From a virus: a stretch of DNA of 64,000 bases. Shown here one piece after another: positions 1 to 9,424 of the stretch. A model generated the notes under the pieces. It saw only the letters and a program-made list of their open reading frames with translations. It was not told the origin of the DNA and did no database searches. Made by a program: the position numbers and the translations under genes. How positions within the stretch are numbered: position 1 is the first letter of the stretch; each line of letters starts with the position of its first letter. The stretch spans positions 4,333 to 68,332 of the IMG/VR virus record IMGVR_UViG_3300010375_000019. One strand, 5' to 3'.

Positions 1-289
1 CGCCTGTCGAAAGCGTGATGAGAACGTTGGAACCTGAGTTGGACTTGGAAGCGATCGTTACCGATGCGTTGAACCAATCCCCTTCCTCATAGAAGTAGAA
101 CGTGTGCCTGCGTACCTGTTTGATGGGTTCCATTTTACCATCCAGTTCGCGCAATATTGACAACGCCTTGTACTTGGGCACTTTCATGCCAAGCGCCTTT
201 CGGAAATCACGGTCCAAAATGCCGTATCCTGTTGCAATGGACAGGTTCTCAACCGAGGCCTGTCTTGCTCCTTGACCTGTTAAAGCCAT
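1..289 (-). CDS. Probable major capsid protein, N-terminal part (runs off the window)
   Basis: ATG at 289 opens MALTGQGARQASVENLSIATGYGILDRDFRKALGMKVPKYKALSILRELDG...FYFYEEGDW with no stop to position 1; directly follows an acidic scaffold-like gene. Assignment rests on position. Confidence 0.55.
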   Translation of the reverse strand, partial: MALTGQGARQASVENLSIATGYGILDRDFRKALGMKVPKYKALSILRELDGKMEPIKQVRRHTFYFYEEGDWFNASVTIASKSNSGSNVLITLSTG

Positions 290-318
290 ATTTTTTTCAA
301 TTTTTTAAGTCAAACAAT

Positions 319-1497
319 TTATTTTCTTTGCGAGCCCTTGACGGCATCAGCCATCGTCTGGGCAAAGTTCTTCTTTGGAGCGGCAGGTGCACCGTTCCCG
401 TTTTTGGGAACCACGGTGTTCTTGCGTTCCTGGATTAGCTTGAGTTGGCCTAAGTTGAGTCCGGCACGGTATGCTTCGTCTATTGCACGGTCCACGTTCA
501 CGATCTTGTACATGGTGCGCTGATAGGCATCCATGTCAAGTTTACCGTTGATTGTGCAACTCTGTACCACCTGGTCGAGAAGTTTGATCGGGTTCACCAA
601 TACGTCCTTGAAAACCGAAACCTCTTCGGTGTTCATCGGAAGCTGAACTGTCTCGTCAGGGCCTTCGCCAAACTGCATGGCAATACCGTCAAAGTCCGAC
701 AGGGCAGCGTTTACGTTCTGCTCAAGTTCCTGGATGTTGACCTCTTCCTGCGGAGTTGGCTGTGCGCTCTTTCCGGCTTTCTCGAAGTCTTTCTGGTAAT
801 CCAGGATTTTCTGTTCGGCATTGCGTGTTTCCACGTTGAATTCATCTTGCAGCACCAGATTCTCCTCCATTTCGGAGTATTTGCCTGTGTGGCGTGCCTC
901 GAATATCTTGGACGCGGTTTCGCGGCTCAAGTCGGGACGTGCCAGCACGAACGCCTCAAATTGTTTTTCTTTGGGCGATAGCTTTGTGAGATCCAGTGAT
1001 TGAAGATGCAGGTATTGGCGTGCAGCGCCAAGTTCGTTGCCGTTGAACTCGGGCTTTGTCGCAAATTCGTAGATTTTTCTGGCCTGCTCGGATGGGAACT
1101 CCAATTGCTTGTTCTTGAGCTGGACCTTGAGCGATTCGTTTTCCTGTAACAGGCTTGTCACCTGTTCAGGTGTAGATATTCGCCCGTTGGTGGATTCAGA
1201 CAGGTATGTATTCACGTCCTGCTTGAATTCCTCTTCACCATAGGATAATTCCTCTTCCTTTGGTGCTTGTTGGTTGTTTTCTTCGTTTACCTCAGTGGAA
1301 TTTTCACCTTCTTCGTTATCCGCAGATTGGGAATTGATGTTTTCGTCCTGATTGTCGGTTTCCTCAGCGGTAGGTGTTTCTTGGTTCGCTTCGGTTTCCA
1401 CTGGTTCATTACCATCATCAGGCGCATCCGCCACCACTGCATCATCTCCCCCTATTTTCAGTTTTGATGAATCGAAGTTCTGGAATGGATGGCTCAT
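319..1497 (-). CDS. Acidic capsid scaffold-like protein
   Basis: 392 aa; E/D/N-rich disordered N-terminus, helical core; immediately upstream of the probable MCP. Confidence 0.55.
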   Translation of the reverse strand: MSHPFQNFDSSKLKIGGDDAVVADAPDDGNEPVETEANQETPTAEETDNQDENINSQSADNEEGENSTEVNEENNQQAPKEEELSYGEEEFKQDVNTYLSESTNGRISTPEQVTSLLQENESLKVQLKNKQLEFPSEQARKIYEFATKPEFNGNELGAARQYLHLQSLDLTKLSPKEKQFEAFVLARPDLSRETASKIFEARHTGKYSEMEENLVLQDEFNVETRNAEQKILDYQKDFEKAGKSAQPTPQEEVNIQELEQNVNAALSDFDGIAMQFGEGPDETVQLPMNTEEVSVFKDVLVNPIKLLDQVVQSCTINGKLDMDAYQRTMYKIVNVDRAIDEAYRAGLNLGQLKLIQERKNTVVPKNGNGAPAAPKKNFAQTMADAVKGSQRK

Positions 1498-1648
1498 GTT
1501 GTTTCTATTTGGTAAACTTTTTCATTATTGGAATAAGTCCAAAAATTGGAATCGTGAACCAAAAGTGGAAAAAAAAATTTAGATTAGCAAAACAGGTAAA
1601 ACAACTTTGCCACGAATTAAATAACGGAAAACTCAAAGGAATTGAAAT

Positions 1649-1677
1649 AAAAAATGGAGACTTGACAGTCTCCATTT
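1649..1677 (-). terminator. Intrinsic terminator
   Basis: aaatggagact-tgac-agtctccattt hairpin followed by a T-run on the minus strand, downstream of 1699-2247. Confidence 0.7.
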
Positions 1678-1698
1678 GAATCCTACGAAAAAATGATT

Positions 1699-2247
1699 TT
1701 ACTCAGATGGCACAGCCTGCACCCATGTTCCTGTGGTTATGCAGGCAAAATGCGCACGGGTACCTTTTGGAACTGTTACACCCACATTGACTGCATTGCC
1801 TAAAATTATTTCTCCAACAGAAGGATATACAGTGATGTCGTTTGCCCCATCGTTCTGCACGACCCTTACTTTGTTTTTGACAGAAGCATCTAACATGGCC
1901 CCTGTGCCAGCGGCAGCAGAATTGAATTGCGTATAATATTTTGTTATCACAAACGCAGTTCCTTGGTTGGTGCCTATTGCAGTTTGTGCCGATTGCTTGT
2001 CTTGTGCATTGATGTCCGTGCTGCTCTGGGCGACCAATATTTCACTGGGTGACTCGAACACCCTTATTTTTTTTCTTTGCGATCTTACGTCCTGCCCACC
2101 GTATTGCAATGTGGAACCCCCTACATATCGCCCACTGCTCGGGTATATCTTGACATCGAATATCCTTGCGTCCTCAAAAAACTTGATCTTTGGTATTCTC
2201 AAGTCCTCCTTTGCGGGGCTCATCCTGGCAATAGTAAGAAAGCTCAT
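1699..2247 (-). CDS. Putative virion decoration protein, paralog of 4061-4627
   Basis: Shares GT(N/T)Q..A, V.N.....I.VYP...E.I and final W motifs with 4061-4627. Confidence 0.5.
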   Translation of the reverse strand: MSFLTIARMSPAKEDLRIPKIKFFEDARIFDVKIYPSSGRYVGGSTLQYGGQDVRSQRKKIRVFESPSEILVAQSSTDINAQDKQSAQTAIGTNQGTAFVITKYYTQFNSAAAGTGAMLDASVKNKVRVVQNDGANDITVYPSVGEIILGNAVNVGVTVPKGTRAHFACITTGTWVQAVPSE

Positions 2248-2292
2248 TGTGGTTTTTGTTTGTCCAAAGTAAACATGAAATAGCGTTATTTC

Positions 2293-4005
2293 CTATTTTG
2301 GGAAACCATTTTCAACGTGCAATTTTTCAAACGATGGGTTTTTGGTGATTTTTTCAGCCTCATTGTAGGTTGATTCGAACAGTAAGTCCCACGCACATAT
2401 CTTTCCTGGTGCCTCTACAAGGTTCCATCCATTGCGTTTAAAAAGACTGACCCATGCCTCCGTTGGTCTGACGTTCACGTGTCCCCATTGTCTGTCGAAT
2501 TCCACCGATGATTGATAAGGCGTGCTGCTGAAATATAAGTATTTCATGCTCTCCGATAGTTTCCTTACAAAACTGTCCCACCATTCGTCTGGCATGTCGA
2601 TGTGCTCAAACACCTCGATAGAAATACCTAAGTCTGTTTTCTCGATCGTGAGTTCATCTAGGTTTTCCATTGCGAAATCACATTTCATGATGCAGTCAGA
2701 GAACACGGGGTTTCTCTCTCGGAAGTAGTCGATAAAGTAGTCGTTTATCTCAAGACCAATCGAAGGCACGTTTGACATCAGGAACCGCTCAAGCATGGGA
2801 CCAGGGCCGCATCCGAACTCTATCATGGACTCAGGCGACAGTTTATTGATGAGCCAGTCCGCCACGGCATGGTGACCGTTTTTATAGTTCTCATTCTCCT
2901 GTATGTAGCCGTTGAGCAGTGCATATTCGAAGAACCTCTTACCATCCCAAGGGGTTGCTTCGATTACATTTGGCGAAAACAATTTATGCCCTCTGGATAG
3001 TTTGTACATGATTTCCTTTCGTACGGTGTTTACATTGTCAAGGCCTGGAAGGTGCTCTATGCTTTCGATGTACAGTTCATGTCTTATTTTCGGATTCTCC
3101 GCAAGTGTCGAAAAAGTGTCTATAAAATCCTGTACACCTTCGAATACGGCACATCCCTTGGAGGCATCGAACACTGGTAAAGCGGAGGCCATCACCGTGG
3201 CCCCTGCCAAGGTACCTTCCTGCCAACTGATTGCACTCTTTGCCCTGTTGAAATGGTTGTCCTCCAACGGAACCACCATGATCTCCGGCCTGATCTGCAT
3301 TAGATGCGAAAAATACGCCATCAGGTTGGTGAACTCGTAATGCAATATGCGTTTTGAGTTATAGTTCCTTTCCAGCATCCAGTCGAACTTGTGGCCGTAG
3401 AACACCCATGTGTACTCGGGATATTTTTCGAAACAATGAAGCATGGCCTCTTTGTAGACCTCTGCATCGCGTGCATGCGTGTCCCCTCCCCTCCACAATA
3501 CTGTCTTGGTGCGTTCGATATTTTTGGGACTGAATATGGAGAAATCCACCGCGTTAGGTACCACAATAATTTCCGCCTGATGCGGAAGTTCCAGCAATGA
3601 TTTTTTGATGTACTCCGTGCTCACGGTTATCATGTCCGCTTTGGCAATGCACTCCCTGATGTACGCCTGACGTTGCGTGTCCGCATACAGGTCGTGCCTG
3701 GGGTTTGTGCTAGGTATCTTGATGTAGTCATCATCGTAATCTATCCATACTGGCTTGTTGGAACGCTTGGCCATCTCGATGATGCCAAGGCAGATGTTCG
3801 TGCTGGGACGTTGCAGAAAGACAACATCGATGTTCTGCAACGTATGCCAGTTATATTCGAATCCGGCACTTCCGTTAATGACCTTGATGTCGTTGTTGGT
3901 TTTGGCCAGTCTATTGAAAGGACCGAATCCGCGATAGAAGCTGGTCGCATCTGCCGCAATTGGACAGTGAATCAATATTTCCATGTTATGTGGTTTGGTT
4001 TCCAC
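2293..4005 (-). CDS. Glycosyltransferase (GT-B) fused to class I SAM-dependent methyltransferase
   Basis: N-terminal DVVFLQRP / IDYDDD / ADMITVST / VVPNAVD / PLEDNHFNRAKS; C-terminal EFGCGPG, SIEVFEHI, WGHVN. Start may be ATG 3984. Confidence 0.85.
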   Translation of the reverse strand: METKPHNMEILIHCPIAADATSFYRGFGPFNRLAKTNNDIKVINGSAGFEYNWHTLQNIDVVFLQRPSTNICLGIIEMAKRSNKPVWIDYDDDYIKIPSTNPRHDLYADTQRQAYIRECIAKADMITVSTEYIKKSLLELPHQAEIIVVPNAVDFSIFSPKNIERTKTVLWRGGDTHARDAEVYKEAMLHCFEKYPEYTWVFYGHKFDWMLERNYNSKRILHYEFTNLMAYFSHLMQIRPEIMVVPLEDNHFNRAKSAISWQEGTLAGATVMASALPVFDASKGCAVFEGVQDFIDTFSTLAENPKIRHELYIESIEHLPGLDNVNTVRKEIMYKLSRGHKLFSPNVIEATPWDGKRFFEYALLNGYIQENENYKNGHHAVADWLINKLSPESMIEFGCGPGPMLERFLMSNVPSIGLEINDYFIDYFRERNPVFSDCIMKCDFAMENLDELTIEKTDLGISIEVFEHIDMPDEWWDSFVRKLSESMKYLYFSSTPYQSSVEFDRQWGHVNVRPTEAWVSLFKRNGWNLVEAPGKICAWDLLFESTYNEAEKITKNPSFEKLHVENGFPK

Positions 4006-4011
4006 AAATAT

Positions 4012-4038
4012 AAAAAAAGGGGCTTTATCAAAGCCCCT
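4012..4038 (-). terminator. Intrinsic terminator
   Basis: aggggcttt-atc-aaagcccct hairpin with a T-run on the minus strand after 4061-4627. Confidence 0.75.
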
Positions 4039-4060
4039 GATTTCAAACTAAAACCAATGG

Positions 4061-4627
4061 TTACATGTACGCTGAAGCGGACTTCCATGCGTTGGAGGCA
4101 CTCGCGATGAAGTGCAGCCGTTGAAGAGAACCGCAAGTTACAGGTGCATTGGATGCTCCTGCATCGATGAACTCGCTTGCCGCAGGGTATACGCTGATCG
4201 CAGCGGATGCCGCGTTCTTCACCACGAACGCACCACCGTTGTTGAACTTGGTGGACGCAGGCGGAAGGATGATCCCTGCCTGTGAACCTGCCGTCATGGA
4301 GGTCACGGAGTTGAAGTAGGCGGTAAGTCCACCCACTGGCAACGCTGCCGCCTGAGTGGTGCCTGAAGCCGCAAGGTTGGCCGATGCGTCCGCGCCCACG
4401 GTAAGTCCCAATGCCAATTTCTGGGCGTTGTCGTAGTCCTGTGGCGTTTCCGCGATACGGTATTTCTTGTAGGGCCGCTGCGAGGTGCCGTACAGTACTG
4501 TGCAACCGAGCTTGAACGGTTTCACTTTGACTATGTTGATGGTCTCAAGCTGGACCATCTTCGGCTGCGTAAGGTCGATGTTCTTCGAGGGGCTTTCGCG
4601 TTTTGCCGTTAAAATTACCTGTGCCAT
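4061..4627 (-). CDS. Putative virion decoration protein, paralog of 1699-2247
   Basis: Ala/Ser-rich beta C-terminal domain; motifs shared with 1699-2247. Confidence 0.5.
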   Translation of the reverse strand: MAQVILTAKRESPSKNIDLTQPKMVQLETINIVKVKPFKLGCTVLYGTSQRPYKKYRIAETPQDYDNAQKLALGLTVGADASANLAASGTTQAAALPVGGLTAYFNSVTSMTAGSQAGIILPPASTKFNNGGAFVVKNAASAAISVYPAASEFIDAGASNAPVTCGSLQRLHFIASASNAWKSASAYM

Positions 4628-4738
4628 CGTTTTTTTGGGTTAAACGTAACTCTGTTCTCCATTTTGGAGACTCTGGCACTAAGTAAAACCAATTTTGGAA
4701 ATATTCCTAAATTTGGAAAGTGTTTTGTTTTGGGAAAA

Positions 4739-5035
4739 TTAATTTCCTATCCGTTGCAGCTTTTTGATGGCATTCCTGCGGTTGAGCGCCTGGAAATAGA
4801 TGCAGCCTTTTTTGCGCTCGAGTATCTTGTGGGTCTGCCTTTTGTGCTTTTTTAGGTGCATCCCTTCAGTTATAACCGATGAAAAATTGGCTTCTTCCAG
4901 TATTTTTGTTTCAGGGTCATACTCAAACAAGGTCAAGCCTCTCTGCACTACCATCTGTCCCAGCAAAGTCTGTTTTTTGACTTCGCGTACTTCGGTTGTT
5001 TTATCAGGCGTTGGTAATTCGTCAAACTCTTTCAT
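4739..5035 (-). CDS. Hypothetical protein
   Basis: 98 aa, ATGA overlap with the MTase stop. Confidence 0.6.
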   Translation of the reverse strand: MKEFDELPTPDKTTEVREVKKQTLLGQMVVQRGLTLFEYDPETKILEEANFSSVITEGMHLKKHKRQTHKILERKKGCIYFQALNRRNAIKKLQRIGN

Positions 5036-6504
5036 GGATTTTGTTTTAAATATCTAAGTATCCAGCATATCACATCGATCGTCCAGCCGTTTCCGCACAT
5101 TTTGTACTGCTGTGTCTCACTTACTCCTGAACCTTCGAAGTAATTGTCGGGGCAGGTCTGTAACCTCAAACATTCCTTGGGTGTGAACCGCCTGATGCGC
5201 ATGTCGTATTCGACATTGTTAGTGTTCGGTGCAGAGTCAAGGCAATATGTTTTGCCATCGGTTCTTTTCAGTGGACCTGTTCCGCCTTGTTTTTTTCCGC
5301 CTGTACGTGGAAGTCCGTGATGGACGACAATATGGTTATTATGCTCGAATGAATTTGAAGAAAGTGTTGGTGATTTTTCGTGGTGTTCACCTCCCTTGTT
5401 TTTTCCTCTACCTCGTTGAACAACAATTTTATGAATACCATTTATATCCGCTGTGATAGCAGGAGATTTATGGTTTGGGTCATATACCCTATTTTGCTGG
5501 AACGGTTGTTTGCCACCGCTCTCTTTACTGTTGTTCAACTGGATTATCATGTTGTCCTTTTGAACTGTTGAAAGAGTCCCGATTTTTTGATCGAACCTTG
5601 GTTCGATCATCTGCTCTGTCTCCAAACCTGAAACGCGACTTTTTGGATTGTCAGGATTGCGTCCACGGATTGCGACAACCATGGTGCGAGCACCATGGTT
5701 GTCGTGTCCCTTGAAATAATTCGCATCGATGTTAAGTGACTTATCACCTATTTCACGTAAACCATTCACATCATTGACCGCTATAAAATTGCCTTTGTAG
5801 TTAGCGTACTGTCTTGAAAGAAGCGGGATGCTTTTCTCAGGGTTTATCTTTGAAAATCCTTTCTTTAGGTCGGAAGACAACAGTAATCTGTTCAATGCCT
5901 TTTCGCTCAGGTAATATTTTTCATCAACTTCGTCTTCCAAGATGTCATTCACTATTATCTTTCTGTCCTTGGGTTGCTGTATTATAGATTCAAGGTGACC
6001 GAACAACCCGGTTCGGCTCAAGCCAATGTTCGTCCAATAAAGCCTTTCCCTGTTCTGTGCCGATACCAATGTGGAATTTATAAGTATCGGATTTACGCCC
6101 AGTGCTTTTGAGATGACAAGTTCATGCTCTTTCTCCATCTTCACGTTCTCAAGGATGAAAAGCAATTCGGGATTCTTTTCCCCGCATTCTTTCAAAATCC
6201 TTACGAACTCAAAGAACAATTTGCTTCTTGGGTCGTTGAAATTGAGCATCTTTCCGGCAAAACTGAAACCCTGACAAGGTGACCCTGCGCCTATGAAGTT
6301 TATTATAGGCAAATCATGTCCGCTTACTTTTGTGACATCACCAATCTGGATTGTATCAGGAAAATTGTGCTGAGTTGCTTTGATCGCGTGTTTGTCGATC
6401 TCGCTGGCATAGTATTTTTTATAAGAGATACCCGAACGCTGCAAGGCAATCTGTAGGCAACTCATACCATCGAAAAGGCTCAGTATGTTCTCGAAGGAAA
6501 TCAT
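5032..6504 (-). CDS. C5 cytosine DNA methyltransferase with a long variable region
   Basis: Motif I LSLFDG, IV GSPCQGFS, VI ENV, VIII QNRERLYW, IX RRFTPKECLRLQ, X QYKMCGNGW; start ATG 6504 chosen from the ATGA overlap. Confidence 0.92.
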   Translation of the reverse strand: MISFENILSLFDGMSCLQIALQRSGISYKKYYASEIDKHAIKATQHNFPDTIQIGDVTKVSGHDLPIINFIGAGSPCQGFSFAGKMLNFNDPRSKLFFEFVRILKECGEKNPELLFILENVKMEKEHELVISKALGVNPILINSTLVSAQNRERLYWTNIGLSRTGLFGHLESIIQQPKDRKIIVNDILEDEVDEKYYLSEKALNRLLLSSDLKKGFSKINPEKSIPLLSRQYANYKGNFIAVNDVNGLREIGDKSLNIDANYFKGHDNHGARTMVVAIRGRNPDNPKSRVSGLETEQMIEPRFDQKIGTLSTVQKDNMIIQLNNSKESGGKQPFQQNRVYDPNHKSPAITADINGIHKIVVQRGRGKNKGGEHHEKSPTLSSNSFEHNNHIVVHHGLPRTGGKKQGGTGPLKRTDGKTYCLDSAPNTNNVEYDMRIRRFTPKECLRLQTCPDNYFEGSGVSETQQYKMCGNGWTIDVICWILRYLKQNP

Positions 6505-6728
6505 CTGAACCGTTTGACAACCTTCCACCAAATCCCCTTGACCAACATCCTTGCCATCCTGCACACCTTGTAAAAATATTCCCACAGCAAAGCAATAACA
6601 AGGCTGACCTGACCAATGACAGGAATGGAAAAAAACAACACTAAGGCGAACGTCTCGTTGTGCATTCGCACCGTGTGCTCATCATCCCTATAGTCGAACC
6701 TAAAATCTATTTCCGTTTTGCTTTTCAT
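6501..6728 (-). CDS. Small membrane protein
   Basis: 75 aa with one long hydrophobic segment. Confidence 0.5.
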   Translation of the reverse strand: MKSKTEIDFRFDYRDDEHTVRMHNETFALVLFFSIPVIGQVSLVIALLWEYFYKVCRMARMLVKGIWWKVVKRFR

Positions 6729-6881
6729 AATCTTGTTTTTAAAATAAGGGCAGGACCATCAACCTGCCCAAGGGTTCCAGACCCCACCTAAACATTCACT
6801 AAATAGTTAACCTGTAAATACTGCCGCAAACGTCCGATGGTTTTGCGCAGCAGACAGCGGACACAATCCGCCAGTTTTTTT

Positions 6882-7235
6882 TCAAATGCGTTCCAAATCG
6901 CAAAGAACGCTTTCAAGTTCGGACAACTGGCTTCTGAACTTGTCGTGCAGTTTGTTTAGGTCTTCGATTTTACTGCATATTTTCAGTTCTTTTTTGTCTG
7001 AGTCATTTACAGTTTTGGGCACATCACCCCGAAACCTTATAGCTATTTTTTCCGCTCGCGAGATACAATTATTGAGTCTATCAACTTGATTGTACATATT
7101 CGATTCAAAGGCATCTATTGCCAATGATTCAACTGCTTGTGATCCTTGTGGTAGTGCCATATTTATTTTGTTCGGTTTGCGCCGTTCCGCGCTTTTAGTT
7201 TCATTTTGAATTAATAACCTGTCCATATTCATCAA
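6882..7235 (-). CDS. Hypothetical coiled-coil protein
   Basis: ORF in the packed minus-strand operon. Confidence 0.5.
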   Translation of the reverse strand: MMNMDRLLIQNETKSAERRKPNKINMALPQGSQAVESLAIDAFESNMYNQVDRLNNCISRAEKIAIRFRGDVPKTVNDSDKKELKICSKIEDLNKLHDKFRSQLSELESVLCDLERI

Positions 7236-7467
7236 ATGGCCTTTTATTTAAAAGACTTTCAAAACTTGGAATGAACAATGAACAACCTCTAGGTTTTATT
7301 TTACTAATCGCATAAACATTGGGTGTCATCCACATGTTGTACAGTTCTTTTTCGTTTTTATCTTCAAACATTGGCATTGGAATAATCCTTCCGATTTGTT
7401 GCTGATAATACTTTGCAACCTGATATTGTAATTCAAGTTGTGCATCTATCACTGATCCGCGTTCCAT
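7201..7467 (-). CDS. Hypothetical protein
   Basis: ORF in the packed operon. Confidence 0.45.
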   Translation of the reverse strand: MERGSVIDAQLELQYQVAKYYQQQIGRIIPMPMFEDKNEKELYNMWMTPNVYAISKIKPRGCSLFIPSFESLLNKRPFDEYGQVINSK

Positions 7468-7479
7468 TTTTTATATGTT

Positions 7480-7884
7480 TTAATTTCCTACGATCAAATC
7501 CCAGTGATGATAAACCCCGATGCCAACTCCGATCATCCACAGCCTGAAAAAAATCTCTCCCCATGGTGGAATCCTGTCCCACATTTTGTCCGTCCATGCC
7601 CTGTTCGGGTTGCTGGGCTCACCGTGGTAGAAAAAAGGTTTCCTGTTGAACAAGTTCCACAGATAATCGAACAACGCGAAGTGTATGCACAGCGAATATA
7701 TCGCGAAACGGTAGAACGGGATTTCCCAAATCAACTGGTTCATAAAACCGATCATCACAGATACGCCTATGGTGGCCAATGCCGAAAACCAATGGTGTAT
7801 AGCATGTTTCGTTTTCTGTTTGTGCATGTCCATCATCAGGTGCATGACGGTTGCTACAAGTAAAAGAACATAGGTGGTGAACAT
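7480..7884 (-). CDS. Multi-pass membrane protein
   Basis: 134 aa, 3-4 hydrophobic helices, FDY..N.....PFFYHG motif. Confidence 0.6.
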   Translation of the reverse strand: MFTTYVLLLVATVMHLMMDMHKQKTKHAIHHWFSALATIGVSVMIGFMNQLIWEIPFYRFAIYSLCIHFALFDYLWNLFNRKPFFYHGEPSNPNRAWTDKMWDRIPPWGEIFFRLWMIGVGIGVYHHWDLIVGN

Positions 7885-7896
7885 ATATTTTTTGGT

Positions 7897-9402
7897 TTAA
7901 AATGGTGCAGGTTCGTCTTTGTCTGGATATGGTAATCTGATTCCGCTGTTCAATGGTTTTAAATTTTGTGGTATCTCCTGTTTCACCGGCATCGAATCCC
8001 AGTCGGTGACTTTGGTGTATTTGCCGATGAACTTCAATGGGATAGTGTCAAGTGAACCGTTACGGTGTTTTGCAATGATTACCTCCATAACTCCTTGCGT
8101 GGAATTGCCTTCGTCATCTTGCATTATTTTATAATATTCGGCCCGGTACAGGAAAAGGACTATATCTGCGTCCTGTTCAAGGTTTCCCGATTCCCTCAAG
8201 TCTGCCAATGTGGGACGCTTGTCACCTCCCCTTGTTTCCACCGCCCTGCTCAATTGCGATAAGGCGATCACAGGTACGTTGAGTTCTTTGGCGACACGCT
8301 TTAGCATAGATGAAATACTGCCTATTTCCTGATCCCTTGTACCGCCTTTTTCGCCCTGCATCAACTGCACGTAATCGACATAAAGTATTTTAGCGCCTTC
8401 TTCTTTCACCATCTTTCTTGCGCGTGCCCTGAACTCGATGATCGACAATGACGGGGTGTCGTCTATAAGCATCAATGAATCCTGTATTTTTTGGCTTGCA
8501 TCACCCATCTGGTACAGTTCCTCATCGGAAAAATAATTCTTGAGAATACGTTCATTGCTTACATTTGATTCTGAACTGTGGGCACGCGCCATCAATTGCC
8601 GTTCGGACATCTCCAAGGAGAATATTCCGACAGGTATTTGGAACCTGATGCACTGGTTCAGGGCACTGGACAAAAGCCACCCTGTCTTGCCAACGCCGGG
8701 CCGGGCGGCGACCAAAATCAGGTCACTGTTCTGGAAACCGGCAAGCACATGGTCCAACCTTTGGAAGCCAGAAGGCACGCCAGTGATCCCTTTCCTGTCA
8801 CGTTGATCCACCAGATTTTTAAGGAATTTCTTTGCCGCGTCACGGCTCCTGACCATGTTGCCCTTGAGGTACTGACCTCCAACCTTGTCGAACTTCGCCT
8901 GAGTGTTGCCGAGCAATTCTATAGCATCGCTTGTATCATCATAGGCATCATGGTGAAGGTACGATGCAATACCTATCATCTGCCGTTTGATGGAATATTC
9001 GATTATCAGGCGTGCATGGTATTCGATGTTGGCCGCAGAGGCAATCTTTGATGTGAGCTCGGCGATGTAGAATGCACCTCCTGCAACCTCTATTTTTCCG
9101 TTGGTCCTGAGCTTAGCCACCACCGTACGCATGTCGATGGGCTCCGATGATTTGAACAGTTGCAGACAGGCGTTGTAAATCTCCTTGTGCTGGTCACTGT
9201 AGAAATCATCGGGTTGTAGCAGTTCGACAATCTGCGGGAACGCATTTGATTCCATCATTACCGCGCCTAAGATTGCCTCCTCCAGTTCCAAAGATTGCGG
9301 CGGCATCTTGCCGAGTCCTTGGGAAATATCACGTACCAGTTCACGGCTTTTTTCGCCTTCAAAAGCCGTACTGAGTCTGTATGGAGTGCTCCTTTGATTC
9401 AT
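7897..9402 (-). CDS. dnaB: Replicative DNA helicase DnaB
   Basis: PPQSLELEEAILG N-terminus, Walker A AARPGVGKT, FSLEMS, VDYVQLM, LSQLSRAVE, DLRESGNLEQDAD, IIAKHRNG. Confidence 0.97.
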   Translation of the reverse strand: MNQRSTPYRLSTAFEGEKSRELVRDISQGLGKMPPQSLELEEAILGAVMMESNAFPQIVELLQPDDFYSDQHKEIYNACLQLFKSSEPIDMRTVVAKLRTNGKIEVAGGAFYIAELTSKIASAANIEYHARLIIEYSIKRQMIGIASYLHHDAYDDTSDAIELLGNTQAKFDKVGGQYLKGNMVRSRDAAKKFLKNLVDQRDRKGITGVPSGFQRLDHVLAGFQNSDLILVAARPGVGKTGWLLSSALNQCIRFQIPVGIFSLEMSERQLMARAHSSESNVSNERILKNYFSDEELYQMGDASQKIQDSLMLIDDTPSLSIIEFRARARKMVKEEGAKILYVDYVQLMQGEKGGTRDQEIGSISSMLKRVAKELNVPVIALSQLSRAVETRGGDKRPTLADLRESGNLEQDADIVLFLYRAEYYKIMQDDEGNSTQGVMEVIIAKHRNGSLDTIPLKFIGKYTKVTDWDSMPVKQEIPQNLKPLNSGIRLPYPDKDEPAPF

Positions 9403-9424
9403 TTATATTAAAGCCGTGTTTTTT

